Shown here: one piece after another, positions 7,952-19,996 of the stretch | Position numbering within the stretch: the first letter of the stretch is position 1 | How the letters are laid out: each line of letters starts with the position of its first letter | Source: Minisyncoccota bacterium | GTDB taxonomy: Bacteria; Patescibacteriota; Minisyncoccia; UBA6257; JAKLIH01 | Assembly: GCA_028702045.1 (NCBI GenBank) | Contig: JAQVPP010000001.1 | Coordinates: 1-44,301 of the forward strand | DNA length: 44,301 bases | Reading direction: 5' to 3' | Notes under the pieces: model-generated | What the model was told of the DNA's origin: nothing | The model's database searches: none | The model's input: only the letters and a program-made list of their open reading frames with translations | Program-made: the position numbers and the translations under genes

Positions 7952-10900
7952 ATCTAATACATATATTCAATTTCTACTTTTGTAGATATAGTATATCCAT
8001 ATTATAATTTTAAATCTAATACATATATTCAATTTCTACTTTTGTAGATATATTGAGTTGTGGTCTGTATGTGAAATCTAATACATATATTCAATTTCTA
8101 CTTTTGTAGATAGACCGAGTGTCCTTATGGAGCATATCATCTAATACATATATTCAATTTCTACTTTTGTAGATTAGGTCTGAGTTCATTTTACCCCTCA
8201 TTATCTAATACATATATTCAATTTCTACTTTTGTAGATTTAGCTCAGAGCTTTTCCCACCTAAATCATCTAATACATATATTCAATTTCTACTTTTGTAG
8301 ATATGAACAGAACCACTCTTATTATTTAGATCTAATACATATATTCAATTTCTACTTTTGTAGATAAACACCAACCATCCTCTGTAAATTACATCTAATA
8401 CATATATTCAATTTCTACTTTTGTAGATGTGAAGTCTATTTTATACTCCCCTATCTTATCTAATACATATATTCAATTTCTACTTTTGTAGATAAAACAA
8501 TAGCTACTGCATATTCTAAAATATCTAATACATATATTCAATTTCTACTTTTGTAGATGTGTCGCCGTCTGCTTTTGCTTCTGTATAATCTAATACATAT
8601 ATTCAATTTCTACTTTTGTAGATATATGTGCTACTTCAGTTTTTCTAAAAATCTAATACATATATTCAATTTCTACTTTTGTAGATCAAATGATTTCATT
8701 AAATGTACCAAGGCTATCTAATACATATATTCAATTTCTACTTTTGTAGATAGCCCCTAACATTCTCATTACAAGTGAATATCTAATACATATATTCAAT
8801 TTCTACTTTTGTAGATGATACCCATTGTATCATTGCTAATTCTGAATCTAATACATATATTCAATTTCTACTTTTGTAGATGTGGGGTTTTCTTTAAAAG
8901 TGTTTTATCTAATACATATATTCAATTTCTACTTTTGTAGATATAATGAGTACCAACGCCTACAAATAACATCTAATACATATATTCAATTTCTACTTTT
9001 GTAGATGAGGAGGCGACACTTAGTCCTGTATCACAATCTAATACATATATTCAATTTCTACTTTTGTAGATTAAACCGTAAAGGAGAAATGACCAGTTAT
9101 CTAATACATATATTCAATTTCTACTTTTGTAGATCTATCGCCAATTGCTTCTCCTATAACCATCTAATACATATATTCAATTTCTACTTTTGTAGATAGG
9201 AGCTTGAAATAACAAGACCAGTAAAGATCTAATACATATATTCAATTTCTACTTTTGTAGATGTTAAGATAAACATATATGCCGACAACATCTAATACAT
9301 ATATTCAATTTCTACTTTTGTAGATATAATAGAGTTACTACAACAACACAAATCTAATACATATATTCAATTTCTACTTTTGTAGATAAGATCAATAAAC
9401 AAGCTTGGAATAAAGCCATCTAATACATATATTCAATTTCTACTTTTGTAGATGTATGGGTTTAATTAACAACTATATTAATCTAATACATATATTCAAT
9501 TTCTACTTTTGTAGATAAGAGCCTAATTATTGGTATAATAAATCTAATACATATATTCAATTTCTACTTTTGTAGATATTTATATATTCATCTATACTAT
9601 TTAACTATCTAATACATATATTCAATTTCTACTTTTGTAGATTGGAAGTGTTATGGAAGTAGGTGACTAAATCTAATACATATATTCAATTTCTACTTTT
9701 GTAGATAGGGTAAAACAATTACGGCGCAAGCGCTATCTAATACATATATTCAATTTCTACTTTTGTAGATCTTGTTTTAATAGCTTTAAAATATTTGTAT
9801 CTAATACATATATTCAATTTCTACTTTTGTAGATACTATATTAGTAATTATATTATCAGTTATCTAATACATATATTCAATTTCTACTTTTGTAGATCAG
9901 AACTACCAAACTGCTGTGTTCAGGAATATCTAATACATATATTCAATTTCTACTTTTGTAGATCAGAACTACCAAACTGCTGTGTTCAGGAATATCTAAT
10001 ACATATATTCAATTTCTACTTTTGTAGATATTAAATCAACTAACATTCTTATATAGAATCTAATACATATATTCAATTTCTACTTTTGTAGATGTTTGTT
10101 TGTTAAACTTGATGAAAAAAATCTAATACATATATTCAATTTCTACTTTTGTAGATCAGGGCCTGAAATTTCAAGCTCCTGAAAATCTAATACATATATT
10201 CAATTTCTACTTTTGTAGATATGTAGGTGAAAGCCCAGTTGACCCAAAATCTAATACATATATTCAATTTCTACTTTTGTAGATGTAAGTGTTTTTGTGT
10301 TCGTTGTATTAAATCTAATACATATATTCAATTTCTACTTTTGTAGATGATAGATGAGTGAAGATTTCAAGAAAATCTAATACATATATTCAATTTCTAC
10401 TTTTGTAGATTAACCTATAAATATGGAGTGACTAACAGAATCTAATACATATATTCAATTTCTACTTTTGTAGATTAGACGGTGCTATATAACCCCGTCT
10501 AGATCTAATACATATATTCAATTTCTACTTTTGTAGATAAATACATTATATAGATAATCAAAACCATCTAATACATATATTCAATTTCTACTTTTGTAGA
10601 TAGAAGAAAAACTTAAAGATTTTTTTAATCTAATACATATATTCAATTTCTACTTTTGTAGATATATCTATTATATTATCTTTTTCAAACTATCTAATAC
10701 ATATATTCAATTTCTACTTTTGTAGATTTAGTGTATATACACTCTTGACGCTAGAAGATCTAATACATATATTCAATTTCTACTTTTGTAGATGAAAGTC
10801 TGTTGATGAAATAAAACAACATCTAATACATATATTCAATTTCTACTTTTGTAGATAATATACCAATGTAATTACTATCAAATCTAATACATATATTCAA

Positions 10901-12701
10901 TTTCTACTTTTGTAGATTGAAATAAAATCATAATGATTAATTGCTATCTAATACATATATTCAATTTCTACTTTTGTAGATCAAAAGAATGTAAGGTTGA
11001 GTACCTGGATATCTAATACATATATTCAATTTCTACTTTTGTAGATGGTGATAATTATTCCTCCAAACTTAAAATCTAATACATATATTCAATTTCTACT
11101 TTTGTAGATAGTGTATAGTATTCCATCTTCTTTAATTATCTAATACATATATTCAATTTCTACTTTTGTAGATATATGGACCACGGTACAGTAAGGCGTA
11201 TCTAATACATATATTCAATTTCTACTTTTGTAGATTTAAGTCTAGTGCTTCTAGTAGTGATTATCTAATACATATATTCAATTTCTACTTTTGTAGATTA
11301 GGTGTATAATAACAAGCACGCCGAACATCTAATACATATATTCAATTTCTACTTTTGTAGATTAAAAGAGTTAAAACATTGTATCTCTTGCATCTAATAC
11401 ATATATTCAATTTCTACTTTTGTAGATTAGGAATATAGTCCTTATATTCAAAATATAATCTAATACATATATTCAATTTCTACTTTTGTAGATAATGAAA
11501 GTTGTAGCATAATCTTGATAGGATCTAATACATATATTCAATTTCTACTTTTGTAGATTCTTCTGGTAGTATACTCATTTCTTCAGATCTAATACATATA
11601 TTCAATTTCTACTTTTGTAGATTTTTGTTATGTGGGGGAGTATGGTTTCATCTAATACATATATTCAATTTCTACTTTTGTAGATATTTGTTAAAGTTTT
11701 GTATAATATTTTATCTAATACATATATTCAATTTCTACTTTTGTAGATGGTGTTGGGGCTCATCATCAAAATAGATATCTAATACATATATTCAATTTCT
11801 ACTTTTGTAGATTTAGCAGGTATATTTGTATATGCTATTGGCATCTAATACATATATTCAATTTCTACTTTTGTAGATTAGAAGAAGAAGATAGGTTGTG
11901 AAAAATCTAATACATATATTCAATTTCTACTTTTGTAGATGTGGAGATAATGAAAAACCACCTATAGAATCTAATACATATATTCAATTTCTACTTTTGT
12001 AGATACATGTCTTCTTTACTCATTATTTGTATATCTAATACATATATTCAATTTCTACTTTTGTAGATCCTGTGCCTCTAAGGTGTCAAGTAAAAGTATC
12101 TAATACATATATTCAATTTCTACTTTTGTAGATTAGTTCTTCTGTGTTTAGTTGAACTTTGGATCTAATACATATATTCAATTTCTACTTTTGTAGATAC
12201 AATGGTAGTAAGGTATAAATGTACATCTAATACATATATTCAATTTCTACTTTTGTAGATTAAAGTATCTGTGGGAATTGGGTTGTAATCTAATACATAT
12301 ATTCAATTTCTACTTTTGTAGATACAATGGTAGTAAGGTATAAATGTACATCTAATACATATATTCAATTTCTACTTTTGTAGATTCTTTCTAAATCTAC
12401 CCAACTATCCATCTAATACATATATTCAATTTCTACTTTTGTAGATATTGTAAAGTTAAAGAATTAAGGCTAGCAATCTAATACATATATTCAATTTCTA
12501 CTTTTGTAGATTCCATACCAATTCTTCAATAGATTAAAAATCTAATACATATATTCAATTTCTACTTTTGTAGATAGATGATAGTGTAAAGATACAAAAG
12601 AATCTAATACATATATTCAATTTCTACTTTTGTAGATGTCCCCTGTTGCTTTAACTGGTATGTCGATCTAATACATATATTCAATTTCTACTTTTGTAGA
12701 T
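7952..12701 (+). CRISPR. Type V-A CRISPR array, 75 repeats / 74 spacers
   Basis: The 36-nt repeat ATCTAATACATATATTCAATTTCTACTTTTGTAGAT is identical in every copy I read. Spacers are 25-30 nt (manual count). The repeat 3' end AATTTCTACTTTTGTAGAT is the Cas12a crRNA handle (stem TCTAC/GTAGA), so the array is transcribed on the + strand. Confidence 0.98.
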
Positions 12702-12780
12702 AGAAACAGAAGAAAATTAATTAGAAAAAAGTAATAAATAATAGTGTTCTTATATAAAAGCGACACTTAGGAAAATTCAG

Positions 12781-12809
12781 TTGATATTTTAAAAATAAAA
12801 TGCTATATT
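12781..12809 (+). promoter_or_regulatory. sigma-70 type promoter between array and cas12a
   Basis: TTGATA (12781-12786), 17-nt spacer, TGcTATATT extended -10 (12801-12809). Confidence 0.5.
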
Positions 12810-12860
12810 AATTATGTCGCCTAAAATTCTTATCGAAAAATATAATATGAAAATAATTTC

Positions 12861-12935
12861 AAAAAAGAGTAGCAATTCCAAAAAAACTTAACCGTTTGGT
12901 AAGAAATTTTTGGGCGACAATTGCTACTCTTTTTT
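12861..12935. terminator. long hairpin with flanking A/T runs (bidirectional terminator or attenuator)
   Basis: The 17-nt perfect arms AAAAAAGAGTAGCAATT / AATTGCTACTCTTTTTT enclose a second helix CCAAAAA / TTTTTGG. Located 38 nt upstream of the cas12a ATG. Confidence 0.6.
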
Positions 12936-12972
12936 GTAAAAATAAAAATTATAATCAATATAAATAATAAAT

Positions 12973-15900
12973 ATGAACACAAAATATTTTTCAGATATTT
13001 TTAACAAATATCAAGTAAGTAAAACCATTAGGTTTAGTTTAAAGCCTCAAGGAAGAACGAGGCAAACCTTGGAGGACAACAATATTATACCTAAAGACTC
13101 TTTAATATACAAAAGTTATTTACAAACAAAACCATATCTTGATGACATCCACAGGAAAATTATTCAACAAGGTTTATCAAAAATAGAGATTGAGATTTTT
13201 AAACCAATTACAGAATTATATTATCAGAAAAATATAAAAACTAATAAACAGGACAAAGAATGAAAAAGCACGAGAATACAAACATGCAAAGAAATTAATA
13301 GATATTTTCAAGAAGAAAAAGATATTTTAAAAAAGAAATATGACTCAAAGAACAAAGATTTTATTTGTTCTGGTAAAGTTTTAAATTATCTAAAGGATGA
13401 ATACCCCGCAAATAAAAGTAAAATTTTTGAGCAACAAGGGTTCCCCAGTTTATTTATCGAATACCAAGGTAAACACAAATATATATTTGATGTATTTGAT
13501 AAAATAACAACATATTTAATTCAATTTAACAAAAACAGAGAAAATCTTTATGAAAATGGAGATAAACATTCTTCAGTAGCATCAAGAGTGCTCAATAATT
13601 TTATTACTTTTTTAAATAATATCGACAAATATAAAAAATTACAAACTATAGAAGAATTAAAATTTTCCTCGGAAGAAAAAGATATTTTTCAAATAGAAAA
13701 TTATGTTTTTGCTTTAACTCAAGATCAAGTAAATAATTACAATAAAAATGTAGGAATATTAAACAAAAAAATTAAAGAAGCACGAGATAAAAATAAAAAA
13801 CTAAATCAAGAAAATTTTATAAAATCAAATTATGTTTTGCTAACTACTTTAGATAAGCAAATTTTAGGTAAAGTGAGTGCGGAAGACAACACAATAAATA
13901 ATAACCAAGAATTAAAAAAAGAGTTTGAATTATTTATACATAAAAGCAATATTTTTAAAGACGATTTTAAAAAATTTATAGAAAATTTCAAAAAACACAT
14001 TTTTATTAAAGAATATGAACATATTTTTTTGTCAAAAAAAATTATAAATACAATTTCTTATAAGTGATTCAAAAACCCTGAAAGTTTTGAATTTGCATTA
14101 CCCCAATCTTCGTCAAGCAAAAATAAAGAATACCCGCATCTTAAATCAATGATTTCTTTGTCAGAAATACAAAATGCATTAAACAATAATACACAAGTAG
14201 AAGGAAAGATATTCAAAGACAAGTATTATGAAGATCTATTCAAAAATCAAAATACTTTAAATAATAAAGATAATTATTTTGATCAATTTTTAGAAATATG
14301 GGAATATGAAGTAAATAATTTAATCCAAAAAACTCAAGATAACAATATAGAGATTGACTGAAATATTTTTAATCAATGCACAAGAAAAGACAAAAAATAT
14401 CAAAACGAAGTAGGAAAAATGAAAACTACGATAGATAATTTTTTAAGAGTTTATCAAATGGCTAATTATTTTCATATTTCACAAAAAAATAAATTAGCCT
14501 TTTCAGACTATTTTTACGGAGAGTTTTATTCTTTTTTTAATGAGTATAGGTTTAACGAATTCTACAATGCAATTAAAAATTTTTTAACAAAAAAAGAAAA
14601 TCAAGAGAATAAAATTAAATTAAACTTTGATTGTGGAACACTTTTAAGCGGGTTTGATAAAAATAAAGAAAAGGATAATCTAGGGATAATTCTAAGAAAA
14701 AAACAAAAATACTACCTAGGTATTTTGGTTAAAGGATATACTTCTTGTTTTGAGGATAAAAACTTGCCAAAAGAAGGAACAGATTATTATGAAAAAATGA
14801 CTTATAAACTATTCCCAGGTGCATTTAAAATGATTCCAAAGATTGCATGGGCCCCAACAAATCAAAAGCTTTTTAATCCATCTGATCAGCTTAAAACATT
14901 AAGGCAAGAATACAAAGAATATCAAGATGCAAAAAAAACCCAGAAAAACAACAAAATTCAATTTAGCGCAACGAAATTAGCAAAACTTATAGAATATTAT
15001 CAAAAAGTTTTACAACTTAGTGGGCATCAATCAGAGTTTAATTTACAATGAAAAGATCCTGCTGAATATTCAGGATTAGGTGAATTTAACAATGAGATTG
15101 ATAAGCAAGGTTATAAAATTAATTTTGATCAAAAAATTAACAGTGATTATATAGATAAATTAGTAGAAGAGGGTAAGCTATATTTATTTCAGATATATAC
15201 TAAAGATTTTTCAGAAAAATCTAACAAAATAAATAAAAATTTAAATACTTTGTATTTTTTAAATTTATTCTCAGATGAAAATATTAAAAATAAAGAGAAA
15301 AAAATTAAATTGTCAGGTAATGCAGAAATATTTTTTAGGCCAAAAAACAAAAAACCTAATAAAAAAATTGATAACAAGGGCAATTCTATTGTAGACCATA
15401 AAAGATATGCAGAAGATGCATTTTTATTACATTTATCTATTGTTTTAAATAACAATGTTCCTTCTCCTCATGCAGGACTTGAAAAATCGTTTAATCAAAA
15501 TATTAATGAAAAAATTATTGGAGACAAAAATGTTAACATCATTGGAATAGATAGAGGAGAAAAACACTTATTATATTACAGTGTAATTAATCAAAATCAA
15601 GAAATATTAGAACAAGGTAGTTTGAATACTATTAATGGTAAACCTTATTTTGATTTATTAAATCAAAGAGAAAAAGAAAAACTAGGACAAAAGCAAAGTT
15701 GATTTGCCATAGGAAACATTAAAGATTTAAAAAAAGGGTATTTATCCGAAGTTGTTAAAAAAATATGTGATCTAGTGGTTCAATATAATGCCATTGTGGT
15801 TTTAGAAAACTTAAATATGAGATTCAAGCAAATTCGTGGGGGGATTGAAAAAAGTGTTTATCAACAATTTGAAAAAGCATTAATAGATAAATTAGGATAT

Positions 15901-16857
15901 TTAGTTTTTAAACAATTAAAAGCTAGTGAAGCAGGGGGGGTTATTAATGGATACCAACTTGTGGCCCCTTTTGAATCTTTTGAAAAAATGGGAAACCAAA
16001 CAGGCATCTTATTTTATACTCAAGCAAATTATACATCAATTACAGACCCTCTAACTGGTTTTAGAAAGAATATTTATATTAGTAATTCTTGAAGTCAAGA
16101 AAAAATAAAAGAAAACATCTATAAATTTACTAGAATTTATTGAGATGATATAGAAAAAAGCTTTGTATTTACTTATAATCCAAATGATTTTGTTAATCAA
16201 AAAATTAAAAAACAAAAGTTTAAATATCGAGATTGTAGTGTATATTCTAAAATACCCAGGATAAGAAGATATAGAAATGAGAAAGATCATTGAGAATATG
16301 AAGTAATAGACTTGAATAAAGAATTTAAAAACTTATTTGAAAGTTGAGGAATAAATTATAAAGCAGATAATATAGTCGAAGAGATTAAGAATAATGAAAA
16401 AAATTTAACAGGCAAAAAAACAATTTTTTTACAAAATAGTAGTATAAATAAAAATTTCTTTAACCAATTTATATATTTATTTAATTTAATATTACAAATA
16501 AGAAATTCTTTTTCCAAAAAATATATTATAGATATTGATAAAAATACAGGAAAAGAAACAATAACACAAAAGGGAGAAGATGTTGATTTTATAGCATCTC
16601 CAGTTAAGCCTTTCTTCTCAACTTTTGCTCAAGATTCTAAAAGTCAAATAATTTCTCCGCTAAATTTACAATCTATTAAAGAAAGAATTATAAGTAATGA
16701 CAAGGACAGAATAGCGAGGGAATTTAATGGAGACGCCAATGGTGCTTATAATATAGCTAGAAAAGGAATAATTCTATTAAACAAAATACGTGAAAACACC
16801 GAAAAACCAGATTTATATATTTTTAAGGAAGATTGAGACAAATTTAATAATCAATAA
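12973..16857 (+). CDS. cas12a: Cas12a (Cpf1) type V-A effector, 1294 codons, 10 in-frame TGA
   Basis: - Six track ORFs (12973-16092) plus a tail to TAA at 16855-16857 are all in frame 1.
- The only interruptions are TGA at 13261, 14065, 14359, 15049, 15700, 16090, 16141, 16291, 16345 and 16834.
- N-terminus KTIRFSLKPQGRT.
- FNKNRENLY motif.
- KLFPGAFKMIPK (PAM-interacting region).
- GKLYLFQIYTKDFS.
- RuvC-I IGIDRGEKHLLYY.
- RuvC-II AIVVLENLNMRFK.
- Nuc LQIRNS.
- RuvC-III GDANGAYNIARKG. Confidence 0.93.
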
Positions 16858-16859
16858 AA

Positions 16860-16892
16860 GAAAATGTGCTCAAAAGAGCACATTTTCTTTTT
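16860..16892 (+). terminator. intrinsic terminator after cas12a
   Basis: GAAAATGTGCTC / GAGCACATTTTC 12-bp stem, AAAA loop, T-run. Confidence 0.8.
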
Positions 16893-17002
16893 GTATTCTT
16901 ATATAAAGCCCCTTCCATTACGGAAAGGGGTTTTTATGTAAATACATTTTGAAAAAAAATAAAATATGATATAATAATAATATATAATTTAAATTAAAAA
17001 AT

Positions 17003-18679
17003 ATGAAAATTAATAAAAAAACCTTAATTTTTTTATTATTAATTATCTCAGTAATTATTACTATTTTTATGGTTTTTAACACAATTAAAAAACCAAACAT
17101 TCAAATAAAATTAAGTGCTCCAGAAAGTATAAAGTCAGGAGAAGTATTTGATTTGCAGATTGTTATTGAAAACAAATCAAATCTAAATATTAAAAACGCT
17201 GAAGTTTTTTTAAAAACTCCAAACTCAGTTAAGCTAATTGATTCTGACCCTAGTTTTGAAATTGAAAAACTAGACTCAAATGAAAAAGTTGAAAAAACCT
17301 TTGCTCTTCTTGGCACAGGAAAAGAATTGCAGGATCTAAACCTATCTGCAGTACTAAAGTATTCTCCAGAAAACATAAAAAGTTATTTTGAAATTAAGGA
17401 AGATATAGATGTCATAATCAGAGGCAACATTTTTGATTTAAAATTAACTGCCATATCTAAAACATTACCTGAAAATGATTTCAGAGTACTTGTAGAATAT
17501 GATAATTTATCAGGTAAATATTTTGATAACTTAAACTTACATCTACAAAGTTCGCTAAACTATAATGTAATTAACTCTACTATTCCTTTCAAAGACAATA
17601 GTTTCTATATAGGTGCTTTACCTAAAGAAACTAAAGGCACTTTAGAGATAATGAGTTCCTTCTCAGGCAAAGGTGGTAACGAGGAAAAACTCACATTCTG
17701 CCTAGGTTATGAGCACAATGGAGAATTCCTATGTATAGCTGAAAAGAATCTATATGTAGATGTGCTAGAGAATCCTCTAGAAGTTAATTTAAGTATACCT
17801 GATAATTTAAATCCAGGTGATACAGCTAAGATAGTAGTTACATATAAAAATAATTACACAGTTCCATTATCAAATCTAGAATTGAGTATTCTACTAGATC
17901 ATAAGTTATTTGATGCTTCTAAAATAAAAATAAATAATGGCTACTACAACTCATATTTGAAAACAGTATTTTTCAAACCAGCCAATATTCCATCACTAGC
18001 TAGAATTAGTTCTGGAGAACAAGGTCAAGTTAGTTTTGAGATAGGAGTTAAGGACAACTATATTATCAAGAGTTATACAGACAAAAACTTTAGCCTAAAT
18101 ACCAAAGCCTTTGTCCAAGGTAATGTTGTCTTAGATGGCAAGCACCAAAACATACAGGCTAGTGATCAACAACAAATAAAATTAAATACTAAAGTAGACT
18201 TTATCAACTATATGAAGTTTAGGGATAATGAGACTGGTATCATTAACTGTGGATCACTTCCATTAAAGCCAAATCAAGAAACTTGCTTTACTGTACACTG
18301 AGCGCTAAAGAACTACTATAACGACTTAAAGAATGTAAAGATAATAGCTAAACTATCACAGGGAGTAACCTATACAGGTAGATATATAGGTGGATCAGAT
18401 GTAGAGTATAATGCAGACAAACAAGAGTTTATCCTCTATCTAGATTCGGTTAAGGCTGGTAACGGCTTTATCATAAAACCAGATGAGTTCATTTTCCAAA
18501 TCAAAACAATCCCATCTACAAGTGATATAGATTTGCCAAAAAGTATCTTTGACAGTATCAATATAGAGGGAATAGATACATTTACCAATGAACAAATTAC
18601 CTTTAGTTTAAGTGGGTTTAACACCAATATCCTCAACGACTCTAGTATTTTGGGTGGATATAATATAGTATTTGAATAA
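17003..18679 (+). CDS. large secreted or cell-surface protein with N-terminal membrane anchor
   Basis: Track ORF 17003-18301 continues in frame through a TGA at 18299 to TAA at 18677-18679 (558 aa). N-terminal TM segment, then beta-rich repetitive sequence with no catalytic motif. Confidence 0.55.
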
Positions 18680-18688
18680 ATAAATATC

Positions 18689-19996
18689 ATGGAAAACAAA
18701 ACAGAAATATTAATCAATTTAGCAAAAAAAAGAGGCTTCATAAATCAATCATCTGAGATTTATGGAGGATTTTCCAGCTCATATGATTATGGTCCACTAG
18801 GATCTCTTCTAAAAAATAAATTAAAAGAACTTTGGCTAAATAATATGATTAAAAGTGATCTAGACATAGTTCCTATTGATTCAGCTATCATCATGTCTCC
18901 TAAGGTTTGAGAAGCATCAGGCCATGTCTCTAATTTTGTTGACAGTCTAGTAGAATGTAAGGAATGCCACAAAAGATTCAAACAAGATGATGTAAAAGAT
19001 AGTTGTCCTGTATGTGATGGAGAACTATCAGCTCCAAAGAAATTTAATATCTTAATGAAAACATATATTGGTCCAGTAGAGGATAGTGCTAGTCTTGCTT
19101 ACCTAAGAGGTGAGACATGCCAGGGTATTTTCACTAATTTTAAGTGAATCAAATCATCCATGAGGAAAAAAATACCTTTTGGTATAGCTCAAATAGGTAA
19201 GGCATTTAGAAATGAGATAACTCCAGGTAACTTTACTTTCAGAACAAGAGAGTTTGAGCAAATGGAGATGCAATATTTTGTTAACCCAGACAAAGCAGAC
19301 ATATATTTTGATCTTCTTAAACAAAAAAGAATGCAGTTCTATATTGACCTTGGATTTAAAAAAGAAAACCTAAGATTCAAAGATCATGATCATTTAGCTC
19401 ACTACTGTAAAAGGGGATGTGATATAGAGTATAACTTTCCTTTTGGCTGACAAGAGATAGAAGGTATACATAACAGAACTGACTTTGATCTTACTCAACA
19501 CTCTCTATATAGCAAAAAAGATTTACAGTATTTTGACGAAGATAGCAAAGAATCATACACCCCTTATGTGATAGAAACATCTTGTGGTTGTGATAGAGTA
19601 TTACTTGCTATCCTATATGATGCCTTAGACGGAGAAAATTTCTCTTTCCCATATATCTTAGCTCCATACAAGGTAGCAGTACTTCCTCTTGTAAAAAATA
19701 AAGAAAAAATTGTCAAAAAAGCAAAACAAGTATATACTCAATTAAAAGACAATTTTATGGTAGATTATGACCAAACAGGGTCAATAGGTAAAAGATATGC
19801 CAGACAAGATGAAATAGGTACCCCATATGCAATAACTATAGATTTCATGTCTTTAAAAAATAATACAGTAACTATCAGAGACCGTAAAACAAAAAAACAA
19901 TCACGCATTAAAATTAATCAATTAAATGATTACCTTTTAAATAATAAAAAGTCATCTTTTATACAAAAAATATATAACTTATTATGCAAGAAATAA
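18689..19996 (+). CDS. glyQS: glycine--tRNA ligase (class II, alpha2 type)
   Basis: Three track ORFs share one frame, joined through TGA at 18908, 19145 and 19448. Motifs: [67 protein letters not shown]. Confidence 0.9.

Noticed and set aside
9007-9035. Possible self-targeting: spacer 17 shares GCGACACTTAG (9013-9023) with 12760-12770, just downstream of the array
   Set aside because: The match is only 11 nt of a 29-nt spacer, too short for Cas12a targeting and plausible by chance. I could not check all 74 spacers against the window by eye.
9005-9199. Track ORF of 64 aa, and the similar 79-aa ORF at 9795-10034, with the repeated peptide LIHIFNFYFCR
   Set aside because: Both lie entirely inside the CRISPR array. 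The repeated peptide is just the translated 36-nt repeat, so they are not genes.
12702-12972. tracrRNA-like anti-repeat between the array and cas12a
   Set aside because: The best complementarity to the repeat that I could find is a run of about 7 nt (AAAAGTA) in AT-rich sequence. V-A systems do not require a tracrRNA. No convincing anti-repeat is present.
12973-16092. cas12a as a decayed pseudogene, since the track shows six separate ORF fragments
   Set aside because: All fragments are in the same frame and every interruption is TGA, never TAA or TAG. The same holds for about 20 other genes in the window. Catalytic motifs are intact. Recoding is the simpler explanation.
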